Source: Entomortierella parvispora E1425
Lineage: Eukaryota; Fungi; Mortierellomycota
Direction of reading: 5' to 3'
DNA: 64,000 nt
Assembly: GCA_020891255.1 (NCBI GenBank)
Contig: BQFW01000007.1
Span: 2,790,001 to 2,854,000, forward strand
Part shown: positions 12,114-23,381 of the stretch, piece after piece
Layout: each line of letters starts with the position of its first letter
Numbering within the stretch: the first letter of the stretch is position 1
The notes under the pieces: generated by a model
What the model was told of the DNA's origin: nothing
Seen by the model: only the letters and a program-made list of their open reading frames with translations
The model's database searches: none
Position numbers and translations under genes: made by a program

Positions 12114-12900
12114 ATGCAATCCACGATCCAGTGCATTGCTACCGCCTGCCAGAGCATCCAGAGGTCTGATCCTTACTTTTGGTTCGCGGCTGCCGCCACA
12201 GCCTTCAACCGTCTGTTTTGGAAGGTATTCGCACGCTTTGGTAAAGACGACAGTCATCTTTCCACTCTCTGCCTCTCTCTTTCTGTGCCAACAAGCTGTC
12301 TGTTAACTGTTAACTGACATGGTATTCCTCGTTAACAGTGTCTCCACTAGAGCGTCGCACCAAGAAGATCACGCAAATTGTCGGTGGTAATCCCTACCAT
12401 GGTTCTATGCCCTGACGACCATCTTTTGGCATTGTTGGGTTATACCGCGACTACATATAAAGGAGCCAGGCGAGCCAGGCTTCATCGTCATGTTCGATTG
12501 TGCCACTGTTTCCTTACCAACAAGCAGCAACAACATCCTCTCCAAACACCTCATAACTACAGGAACGCCATGGACTTCCAACCGCAGGCAGACTGCATGG
12601 GTGCACTGTTCATCCACGCAACGGCAGCGGTCTTCTCCACGTTGGAGAGCGTCTTTCTTTCGTCCTTTTGGGGATTGAGCGTAGTTGGCTCGTTCTTTGA
12701 CAAAAAAAAAGAGGCCGGTGTATGGATCAAGATGGTGATCCAATGCCTAAATAATAGGCCTCTTGTGGGAAGACCTTCGTCTGAACTTTTCGTCTTTTTT
12801 TTAGGCGATTACTTTGGGATCATTCCCGTTTAACGTGAGTGACCATCCTATGTATTCTGGCATCGTGATGATGGACTTGGGCGCCGCGACGACTTGGTGA
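12114..12900 (+). pseudogene. OPI3: Decayed phospholipid N-methyltransferase (OPI3/PEMT-like)
   Basis: SDPYFWFAAAATAFNRLFWKVFARF|ERRTKKITQIVGGNPYHG, GIVGLYRDYI, VFLSSFWGL and GDYFGII..PFNVSDHPMY resemble OPI3 blocks. In-frame TGA and TAA, frameshifts and an apparent deletion are present. Confidence 0.75.
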
Positions 12901-13696
12901 AGAGAAAACAATAGAAGGATGGATGAATCTGCAGGACAAGCCCTCGTTTTATGAGGATTTACAAATAATGACTGGAGGGAGCATAGACTGCAGGAGGGAG
13001 GGAACACAAGGGGTGCATCAATTGGGAACGTGCAAGAAACGCGTCAAGATTTGACCTGGAAGTCTCTTTTCCAGAGTGAGTCTTGCACTCAAAAGAGCCG
13101 CCGATGGCGTGATGGGAAGCGGACCATGGCGACCGGAAACAACAAAAGAATCTTGAGCACCAGGGGGAGCAGGAGCAGGAGGAGGAGAGAGGGGCTTTTT
13201 CTTGACTCATTCCCGTTGATTTTCTTTTTCTTTTCAGGTCAAGAGTCTGGCAGGAATCGAATTACACTACGCCTCGAAGAGTAAGGAAGGGGAGAGAAGC
13301 AGCGAGGGAAAGAAAGAGTGTCAACCTGTCAACCTGTCAAACTCTGTTGCAGCTGGCTTAGTAAACGTCGGACATCCGATTTACAATAGAAACACCCTAC
13401 AGGCCCTTCACAGCTACAAAGCTACAATCTATGCCCAGCAGATGCAGATTCGTGCAGCCTTGGAAGGCAAGGAGGGCCAAGACAGCAAGAGGGAGCAGTT
13501 GTTCATCGTCGTTCTCTCTCGTTCTCTTTCATATGCACCCTCTCAAATAAAGACAGATCCACAAAAGGACAAAAGAGAGTGCAAAGGGGTATGCCAAAGA
13601 ATTTATTCTATTATTGTTTCTGTCGAATGAGAGGATTTGAATGCGAATGTTGGAAAGGTGTTTGTTCTGGCCCAAGAAGGGGAAGGGAGAAAGGAT

Positions 13697-13900
13697 CTAG
13701 ATCTTGAATCCAAGGTCACGAAGACATTGCTGGTGGGCCTTGATCATGTCGAGACAGTTCTCCTCGCCGAGATTGAAGACGCATTGATCGCGGGCCTTCT
13801 TGGTCTCGGGGCAGGCGCAGCATGGCTTGAGAGGCTTGCCATCCTTGCCGATGGGGACTGTGGAGGCGGGAGTAGCGGAGACTTGAGTTTCGGATGCCAT
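13697..13900 (-). CDS. COX17: Mitochondrial copper chaperone COX17
   Basis: [19 protein letters not shown]...[17 protein letters not shown], with the CCxC and twin Cx9C pattern. Confidence 0.98.
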   Translation of the reverse strand: MASETQVSATPASTVPIGKDGKPLKPCCACPETKKARDQCVFNLGEENCLDMIKAHQQCLRDLGFKI

Positions 13901-14826
13901 TGTGTTGTTTGCTGTGTGGAATGCTGTGAGGAGATAAACGAGGGAGATGAAAAAAGGAGGGAACAATGGAAATGGAAAGAGGAACGAGGCGGAGGACGGA
14001 GGATGTCTTCAGGGCGGAGCTCCGGATCGGACAGTCACGTGCCGACTGTAGTTTTAATTTGGTGGCAACAAGGATTCGCTACATGGATATCGTCTCTGGA
14101 GGATCCCCACCGCTGAGGAACAAGAGAAACCGGGGCAATCTTGTACAACTTCCCCTGCATGTCTCATCTACGCTCAGCTTTCGTTAATAGACTCGAGAGA
14201 AGCCTCAGGCACACAGTCCCAACTGACAGAGGATATACATAACAATATTGTTTATTATAAGCTGTGCTGGTCAGCCTAAACTCTTGGTGAACTGGATCCA
14301 TCTTCTTCCACCCTAGGGATCTCCGATCTCCAAAACACCTCCATCAATGGTTCCATCTTGTTACAGCAACCTCCACTGAGTGATACCGAGGTCGATTGCA
14401 TCCGTGATCTTTGTCTCCATGGCCACCAATCGATCCGTTGACCCCCATTTCAGGTGCACATTGACCTTGCCATCGTTCTCTTCCGTCACTCTCCACGCGA
14501 ACAGGGAGGACTAAGGAGTCAAATTTATAGATTGATCCAGTCAGCAACACTGGCTCGATCCATCAGAGAGTAAAGGTACGTTTGTTGCCCTTACCTTGTA
14601 CTAGGGATGTTGAGAGATAGATCGACACCAAATGAGGGTCAGGCCAAAAAGTGTTGGGAAATCAGATGAGTGAGGTGGAGCTAGATAGTCGGTAATAAGC
14701 TACTTTTCGAGTCTTATGGGGTCAGAAGCAGGGAGAAGTCAGAGACTGGAGGCAAGAATCGTTCATAGGTGTCTTTCATCGTATGGTCCATACCTCTGTC
14801 TTCCTGCCCGGAAGAGTCTTGTAGAG

Positions 14827-14829
<3 letters not shown>

Positions 14830-14904
<75 letters not shown>
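14830..14904. repeat. (GA)n microsatellite upstream of CDK1
   Basis: Read directly from the sequence. Confidence 0.97.
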
Positions 14905-14907
<3 letters not shown>

Positions 14908-15132
14908 TGGGTTTGTCCGGAAACAGCCTCTTCCAGGGTCTCTCTTGGTTCAATGCAAGGCGCTGCCCTTCGTGTGGATGCAAAAATGGCCCCTTAAACG
15001 CTCGACAGCACAATGCCCCTTGCCCTCCCTCCCTGAGAAGAGTCGTCGTTCTTCTCTCTTCCGTGTCTCCCTCCTTTCCTTCTTTCTCTTCACCTCTCAC
15101 TCTTTTCTTTCCTCATCCTTGTTCCCTCCCCA

Positions 15133-16630
15133 ATGTCCTCCTCGGACGCATACCAAAAGCAGGAAAAGATCGGCGAAGGCACTTATGGTGTCGTCTACAA
15201 AGCCACGTACGGGAACAAATACTTGTCTTCCTTCTTTCCACAGCGTTGCTTCTTCCTGGCCGCTTGTCGACTATCAAATGACAAGAGCGTATCGTTACTC
15301 ATCACTCTTCATTTCTTTTTATTGGCAGTGAAAAGGCTACCGGGAGAACGGTTGCTATGAAGAAGATTCGACTTGAGAACGAGGACGAAGGTAACCAGGA
15401 CCAGTAATGGATGTGTTTATCGTCGTCTTTCAACTGAAGCATTCCCTCCCCGTGGATCACAGGTGTCCCCAGTACTGCTATCCGCGAGATCTCTCTGCTA
15501 AAGGAGCTCAAGCATGATCATGTTGTCCAGTAAGCCTATTTATCAGTGGAGAATACTCTTTCGCTTTGGGGCTGTTTCCCGTGTTCCCATGGTCGATTTC
15601 AGGAGTTTTTTTTCTTTCTCTGACTCCTTTCTTTATTTTGTTTCCTGCCCCCTTGTAATAGGCTGCTCGATATCATCCACGACGATAATCGACTCTACCT
15701 TGTGTTTGAATTCTTGGACTTGGATCTGAAGAAGTACATGGATACGCTCCCAACCACTACCATCACTGGACTGCCGCTGGATCAGGTCAAGGTACAGAGA
15801 TCTGCACTTCTTTCAGGGGTCAATCCTTTTTTTTTTGTATACCCCGGGTGCAATACCTGTGGCTGTCTTTGGACCCTTTGAACTAATGCACTCTCACCTA
15901 TTTTCTCTGGAATGTGATGTATTGACGATGACCGTGCACGCTGCAACCACCTGCAGGAGTATCTGTATCAGTTGGTCAAGGGCGTCGAGTATTGTCATGG
16001 ACGCCGCATCCTTCACCGAGATCTCAAACCTCAGAATCTCTTGATTGACGAAACCAGGAATCTCAAACTGGCAGACTTTGGACTAGCGCGTGCATTCGGG
16101 ATCCCACTGCGAGTCTATACACATGAGGTTGTCACACTATGGTATCGAGCCCCTGAGATCTTGATGGGATCGCGCCATTACTCGACAGCGGTCGACATTT
16201 GGAGTATTGGCTGCATCTTTGCAGAGATGGTATTGAAGCGACCATTGTTCCCGGGCGACTCTGAAATTGACGAGTTGTATAGGATCTTTCGACTACGGGG
16301 CACCCCCACAGAGGAGAACTGGCCAGGAATCACGGATCTGAAGGATTGGAAACCTAATTTCCCGGTATGGCACCGACAACCCCTGGAGAAGACGGTACCA
16401 ACACTCTGTCCTGATGGCGTGGATCTGTTGAACCGAATGATTGAATACGACCCAGCTAGGAGAATTTCAGCCAAACAAGGTGAGATGGTGATCTGGTCTT
16501 GCTCCTTGAACCCCTATTGTGGTTTTGTTGATGCCGAATATATCAATGCTGAGAATCTCTCTCTCCTGTTGCAGCTGCGCTTCACCCTTACTTTAATAGC
16601 ATCCGACAGGCAGCACAGGCAAGGACATAG
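15133..16630 (+). CDS. CDK1: Cyclin-dependent kinase 1 (Cdc2/Cdc28), 6 exons
   Basis: [16 protein letters not shown]|[46 protein letters not shown] and GDSEID motifs; last exon AALHPYF...ART*. Confidence 0.97.
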
Positions 16631-16805
16631 GATATAGATTATTTATTGGATTGAGCAGACAACTGAGAAAGACAAGAGTCTATCTGTCTGTCTGCTTGCG
16701 ATTCTGCCGTGTCGGAACTGCCACTCAGTCCGTCCACGTCCATTCATCCGTCTCCCGCAAATAAAGTGCGCCACCAATAATACAGTAAGACATCGGTGTC
16801 CGTTT

Positions 16806-16833
16806 CACGTGATCAGTGACGTGTGTATAAATA
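16806..16833 (+). promoter_or_regulatory. Possible TOA1 promoter: CACGTG, TGACGT and TATAAATA
   Basis: Motifs cluster ~220-250 bp upstream of the TOA1 ATG; motif match only. Confidence 0.3.
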
Positions 16834-17055
16834 TTGCGGGATGCGCTGCAGAAAGCGAAAAAAACTGAACACCGCTTTTCTGTGTTCTCTCTTTCCGCAC
16901 CAATTCATCTCTTTCTTTCTTTCTTTCATTCATTCTCCTACATTGGTCCTTTGCCTTGCTTTGCTCCTTGTTCCTCTTGGCCTCTCTCTGTTCTCCCTTC
17001 TCAATCTTACTAAAGCTCCTCACGGTCACTCGAAACAACTGAAGCAAAAACAACC

Positions 17056-18377
17056 ATGGCCAATAGCACCGTGGTATGACCCCCTCCGCCAATCTTTCCT
17101 GTCTTCCCTTGACTTCCCTTGACTTCCCTTTGACTCTACTTTGCCTCCAATGCTAAAGCTAATGACCTTTTACCACAGACCGCTGTCTACAGGTTCGTCA
17201 TTGACGACGTGATTACCAATGTCCGTCGCGATTTTGAAGACATGGGCGTAGACGAGACCATCATGCATGAGCTTCAACGGGTAGGTGAAAACAAAAATAA
17301 ACGCACAGAAGACGATTCCAAGCCGTCGTCTCGTCCTTTCAACAGCACTTTCAACTTCTAATCTCTGATACATCGTTCCTTCTTCTTGTCGTATAGTCGT
17401 GGGAGGCAAAGATTGCCCAGTCCAGAGTTACTCCCTTCCAGGCTCCAGAGGCGACCGGCTCGGTTGAGACCTACCCTTTTGAGGAGCCTTCTACCTACGA
17501 GCAGGCGGCCCCTACAGGAGCATCTGCTCCTTCCCTCCCTTCCGTCGCGCTCCCTGGTCCCTCTGGTCCCGCGCGTGCTCGCCCTGCAGCTCAAGTGGCC
17601 GTTCCAGGCCTCCCGCAGTCCTATGTGCCTGCTCACGTCTCCCAGCCATACACTGCTCCTTTGCCTCCAGTGGTAAGCATCCAATGATGAAGGTCCTGAT
17701 CTGACGTTTTTTTCTTCAGATGTACTTACTTGAATGCACTGTATTAGAACTTCAACTATCGCAATGAGACGACTCCGGCCGCCAATCTCGCCAATGTGGC
17801 CTCAGCATCCTTGCCTGGAGACTCTGGCAACGCAGGACGACCTCCAGCACACGCGCCTCCTCGCAACAACAGCAACAACAGGAATATTGCATTGCCAGGA
17901 GGAGGCCGTAATGGGCAGACGGATCAAGACGACAACATCCCACAGACGGACGGAGCCACAGAAAGCTCATTAGAGTTTATGACGACGGCCGAGATGGATG
18001 CATATGTGGAGAAGCGATTCCGGGAAGCACAAGGAGACGAGGGGGAGGTGACTTTTACACTCACGCTCTCTGATCGGGCAGCACGCAAGGCCAGACGTGA
18101 GGGAGGAGCAGGACTGGAGATGCTTGGAATGACCATTGGTCAAGTGGATGGCGAAGACGATGATGAAGGAGGAGCGGGAGATGATGCGGATCTGGGGTCC
18201 GATCTGGACGACAGCGATGGAGAGATTGACGAAGAGTCTGACAATATTGTGTTGTGCCAATACGACAAGGTATCGAGGACAAAGAACAAGTGGAAGTGCG
18301 TGCTCAAGGATGGCATCATGCTGATCAATGGGCGCGACTATCTGTTCCACAAGGCCACGGGCGATTTCGAGTGGTGA
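17056..18377 (+). CDS. TOA1: Transcription factor IIA large (alpha/beta) subunit, multi-exon
   Basis: MANSTV|TAVYRFVIDDVITNVRRDFEDMGVDETIMHELQR|SWEAKI at the N-terminus. C-terminal NIVLCQYDKVSRTKNKWKCVLKDGIMLINGRDYLFHKATGDFEW. Confidence 0.97.
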
Positions 18378-18867
18378 AAGGGTCATCCATCATTTTTTGC
18401 AAGCTACGAGCTGTTACCAAATTGCGGAATGATTTGTAAGGAAGGAGAATGGAGTCCCATGGAGGTTTTTTTCTTCCCCCACCCCCATTGTATTATAAAA
18501 AGCAGCAAAAAAAAAAAAAAAAAAAAAATAGATGTATAAATGAAACGCGTGTCTTGGGAAAAGGAGCCAAAGTAGGGGCAGAAACACTTTGAGCCGATGC
18601 ACCACGCGAGCAGCAAGACGACTTTTCTGTCGGGCGGACATTTATGAAGGCAAAGAGGGCAAACAGGGGGACAGAGGATCGAACCGGGGAAGAAGGAGAG
18701 CTCCGCAGGTGAATGAATGCAAAGCACTTTACTGCACCACAGCGCAGCGCAACGCAACGCAACCCGAGAGGAGAAGAGTGAGATTACAATGGGAGGGTGA
18801 GTGAAGCGAGAGACGATGGGCACAGCAAAGGGTCTCGAGAGAGAAGCGAGAGTAGAGAGTAGAGAGT

Positions 18868-18915
18868 GAGGATGAGGATGAGGATGAGGATGAGGATGAG
18901 GATGAGGATGAGGAT
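18868..18915. repeat. (GAGGAT)8 microsatellite within an SSR-rich intergenic region; (TCA)11 at 19191-19223
   Basis: Read directly from the sequence. Confidence 0.95.
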
Positions 18916-18940
18916 GAAAGAGAAGAGAGAGAAGAAAGAG

Positions 18941-18973
<33 letters not shown>

Positions 18974-19190
18974 CAAGGATGAGAGCACTTTTTCATACAA
19001 TATCCATGTTCACCTTCATTCACCTTCATTCACCAGCAGCAGAGAGAAAGAAAGCGCACCACAACAAAGTGCTCTCAATGTCGTCGACCATCACCGCTCT
19101 CCGGTCCCACTCGCTGGTCTCCTTTTCCTCCTCATCACATCCCTCATCTCTTTAATTCTCTCATCATTCCCTCGTCATTCTCTCTCTCTG

Positions 19191-19223
<33 letters not shown>

Positions 19224-19767
19224 CCTTCACTCCCCCCCTCCTCCCCCTGTTTCCGTTCCGTTTGTCCTGTGTCTATCACCTGCAGCTGTTGCACCAAAGA
19301 TAGAAAATATACCCCCCTCCCCCCCCCTCTTTTCTTTTCTGGCGCAGGCAGCTTTGCTCTTTCTTCTTGAACACAACGACCGACATTCACCCTCTCTTTC
19401 TCTCTTTCTCTCTTTCTCCCTCCCTCCCTTCATCGTGTGATCAGTCTTCTTTCATCGTCATCGTCATTGTCTTTTCATTCTCTTTCTCTTATACCCCCTC
19501 CTCCCTCTCCCCCCTCTCCCCCGGGCAAGTTAGTTCGCGCGACCATTGCCCATCAGTGAGACCGACAAGGTTGCCTCACTCTCTTGATATACCCCCTCCT
19601 TCCCTTCTATCCTTCCTTCTCTTCTTCTACTCTGTCCCCTTTGCTTGCCCCTCTCTCTTTTCTCTTTCTCATTCTCTCATTCTCTCATATCATATTCTTC
19701 CATTCTCTCCTCCCCGCCGTCTTCTCCTTGGGCCCAACCCACCCAACCCCTACTCATAATCTAAACC

Positions 19768-21604
19768 ATGGGCAACTCCAAATCGCGTCCCAGCCATCAA
19801 GACGGATACCGATCCAAAGCTGTCTCCTCTCGGTCTAGCAAGCATTCAAAGTTCCTCAGCATCACTGGCCATCACTCGGCCAACGATCGGGTCAAGCCTG
19901 CGTCCCGGTCCAGCAAGTACTATCAACAAAATCAACAACCCCTACCCAACGACAGTGGTCATTACTCCGTCCACGGCTTCATGACCTCGGCCACCCCAGG
20001 CTCTCCCATCGACAACAGCACAGACACAGGGGGTGCCTTTGGATCAGGATCTAGGACGGGTGGGGCCGGTGGTGGTCATGGTGCAGCAGCAGCAGCAAGA
20101 GGAGGCGATGGAGGAGGAAGAGGTGGATCTGGAAAAGTAAACGGAGGAGGAGGAGGAGCAGGAGGAAACGGAGACGGGGCAGACGCAGCAGGAGGATCGA
20201 GATGGAGCTATCACCCTAACCTATCCAGCCCTGGTCGACTGGATCAACAGAAAAAGTCTTCGGATTCTAGCTTGCACTTTCAATACGGTGGATCTCGGCT
20301 CAAAGGAGGAGGGACCACAACCCCTTCTTCTTCCGGATTGCCTGTGAGCGCAGGAGCAGGAGGAGCAACAGGAGGAGCCGCCATTCATGCCAGTCGAGTG
20401 GCCGCTGGAGGAGGATCTAGGATGACGACCCATAACGCTATTCTGGGCCAGAGTCCCGATGACGAGGACAGTTGTGGATACCACAGTAACCATCCAAAAT
20501 CGAGCTCGATGGCACGCCAGGGCGGTCAAGGAGATGCATTGTCCAGACCAACCTCGGTATCTCCACACCCCAACAATTCACATTATCAACAACAGCAACA
20601 GGGACGATTCTCGACCCTCCATCCCAGTCACCCACAGGCACAGCCACAGCAGCACTCAGCTACACCCACGGTCCGTGCTTCTGTTTCCCCTTCGACGATA
20701 CCCTTTGCAGAGGATGAACATACCATCGGACACAGTGGGACAATGGCCGCCACTGGGGGCATGGTCACCTCCATGGCTGGTCTCCAGCTCGCCGGCGGTG
20801 ACTCCAAATCACAAAACAACAGCCAGCTACAGCACCACCAGGTCCTTCGACTTCAACAGCAGCAACAACAAGAGTACAATGATCATCAACAGAGACTGTC
20901 GTCTATGCACTCCTTCTTGAACAATGCGCCAACTAACAACAGTAACAGAGCGAGTTCTCATCCTCATCCGAACGGGGGGTATGGAGTAGCACCGACTGTC
21001 GCTGCAGCCACCCACGGTGGAGGATCGAGGACCAACTCCTTCCTGAACAACACGACCAGTAACAACAACAACACCTTCAACAGTCAAGGTTTCCATCCCA
21101 CCGACAACAGTCACCTTCCCTCTTATCCTTCACATCAGCAACAGGATCATCTGCCATCATCTCCATCTCCTTCCCCTCACCCTGGGCCGCATCCTCACCA
21201 TCCGTTGATCACAGGTCAGCAACCTCGATTGACAACCACGTTCCCTGCTGAAAAGGAGCGAGAAGCCACCCCCTCTCCTCTTCCTGCGGGTCAAAGCAGC
21301 AACAAGCAGGCAGAAATTTTGGCAGGGGCCGGACCCTTGATCGATATGGGATCATCGGGGGCTGCACGACACGGCCAACTTCCAGGAGCGCACCAGGTCT
21401 TTGCAAGGTTGGCCCGTCAGAACCCGACAAACCCCAAGGAGACCGAGAAGCGGGGACGGATCTTTGGATGGGTCGATCAAGTCACGGACGCTCTTACGTT
21501 TAACCCAGACCCAGACGCGCCTGGTTGGATCATCCCTGTCTTCCCTGATGATTTGGATCATCCAGAAACGTAAGCTGTGTTTTTTTTTTTTTTTTTTTTT
21601 TTTG

Positions 21605-21641
<37 letters not shown>

Positions 21642-21925
21642 TGGACCCTTGTCGCTTGGTCTTCTTGGAATGATACTCCTATGAATGGTGTTGGCTCATC
21701 CTGCAGACAAAATCAAGACAGACGACATTGACCTGTTTTTGTTATCTATTGTTTCTTAATATAGACCGTTTTACTTGGACCGAATCACTTATGAGCTCGA
21801 CCTGATGGCACCCGTTGGAAAACCATTCCGAAAGATGATTGATGTCAACTGCTCCTCAGGAGAATGGGCCCTGGTAAGAACCATTCCCCATCCTTGTTAT
21901 ATTTTGCTATTACTATTGTGAAAAC

Positions 21926-22018
<93 letters not shown>

Positions 22019-22709
22019 TAACCTCCTATGAAAATGGAAATAGGATATGGCACTCAAATACCCAAGAACGCTCGTCTATGCACTGGACCCCCTCTTGGAC
22101 ACCAAACACCTGCCGTTGCGTATCCCTGAAAACTGCAAGTTTCGTCGTCGAGATGTGAGGGATCAGGAGGGCGAGTTTGATCTCGTGCATCAGAAACTAG
22201 GCGCGTTCCGAACCCCGATCCAGGAGTGGACCCCTCATTTCGCAGAGCTCCGACGTCTCACGCGTCCCGGAGGCTGGATCCAGATTGCAGAGTCCAACGG
22301 GATGATTGTCCGAGGCGGAGTCGAGTCGCTGGTCGTGAACCGGTGGGTGGAAAAGGCCGCTTTGAGTTCGGGACTGAATCCGATGCAGCTGGTCGAGGCG
22401 CTGATGCCAACCATCTTGGGCGCTGGACTGATTAATGTGGAATGCTATGATTTCGGGATCCCGCTCGGAGATTGGGCAGGAGCACGAGGTCAGCATGCAA
22501 TGCGGACGTATCTGGAGATGGTCGAGAGTCTTCGGGAGGAAATCATTGAGATGAATCGGTTGGAGCGGTCCGTCTTTGAGGAGACAATCTTGAGGATGCA
22601 GGATGAGTGTCTGGAAGAAAATGCCGAGCTGGTCATCAAGGTCATCTGTGCTCAGAAACCACCCATCACCGACGACCTCTGGCGGACACCGAACGTCTCC
22701 ATGCGTTAA
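19768..22709 (+). CDS. Class I SAM-dependent methyltransferase-like protein (LaeA/Methyltransf_23-25-like) with a long low-complexity N-terminus, 3 exons
   Basis: Spliced RKMIDVNCSSGEWAL|DMALKYPRTLVYALD, then EGEFDLVHQK, LRRLTRPGGWIQIAESN and IPLGDWAG. N-terminal MGNSKS. Confidence 0.85.
21927..22015. repeat. (AC)n microsatellite in methyltransferase intron 2
   Basis: Read directly from the sequence. Confidence 0.97.
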
Positions 22710-23381
22710 ATGAGAACACAGCTGTCCCGTCCCTCCTCTGTATCACCTGCATCTCCCCCTCTTTTATTACTTGTATTCCTAGTTCTTTCACCCCTTGCTG
22801 CACCTCTATTTTCTGCACTTGAGCTCACTCACTCTTGCTATTGTTACCCTGTACTTTCCCCCCTTTTTTGTGCCCTCATCATATCGCAACACTTTGCTCT
22901 GCATTCAAAAAGTGGGACTAATACTTTAATCTTCCTCCTAATATTCATTATTCATTTCTCCCTGCGGAACAAAAAAAAACCACGCTTTTTCAAAATGAAA
23001 AATACCCCCCCCCCCCCAATGCCATGCCTGCCCCCCATGCCAACAACTTGTTTGTACCATAGAAACCTTCTCCGCTTTTTCCATCCCAACTCTTCATAAT
23101 AAAAAGCACGTGGTGACTCGACTCTCCTCATGATCGTCTGCGGAATATTGTGAAGTTTTATTTTAGTTTGGAGCTCAAGGTGAAAGAAAAAAAAATTAGC
23201 TACAGTATTAGAAAAGTTTTTGATTTGACTTGCTGATAATGGACAGGCAGTGTTACCGCCGCATCCGCTCCTCTTTTCTGCTAGGTGTTGGTACAAGGGA
23301 ATATGAAAGAAGAAAAGAGAGAGAGAAAAAAATGGTATCGAAAAGAGTGAAAGTGAAAAAAAGAAAAAAAAAAAAAAAAAA

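Noticed and set aside
14344-14560. Protein-like fragments on the minus strand between COX17 and CDK1
   Set aside because: Short, interrupted by stops, with no recognisable motif or splice support.
18404-19759. Long ORFs upstream of the methyltransferase
   Set aside because: Translations of microsatellites and pyrimidine tracts (HP and SL repeats).
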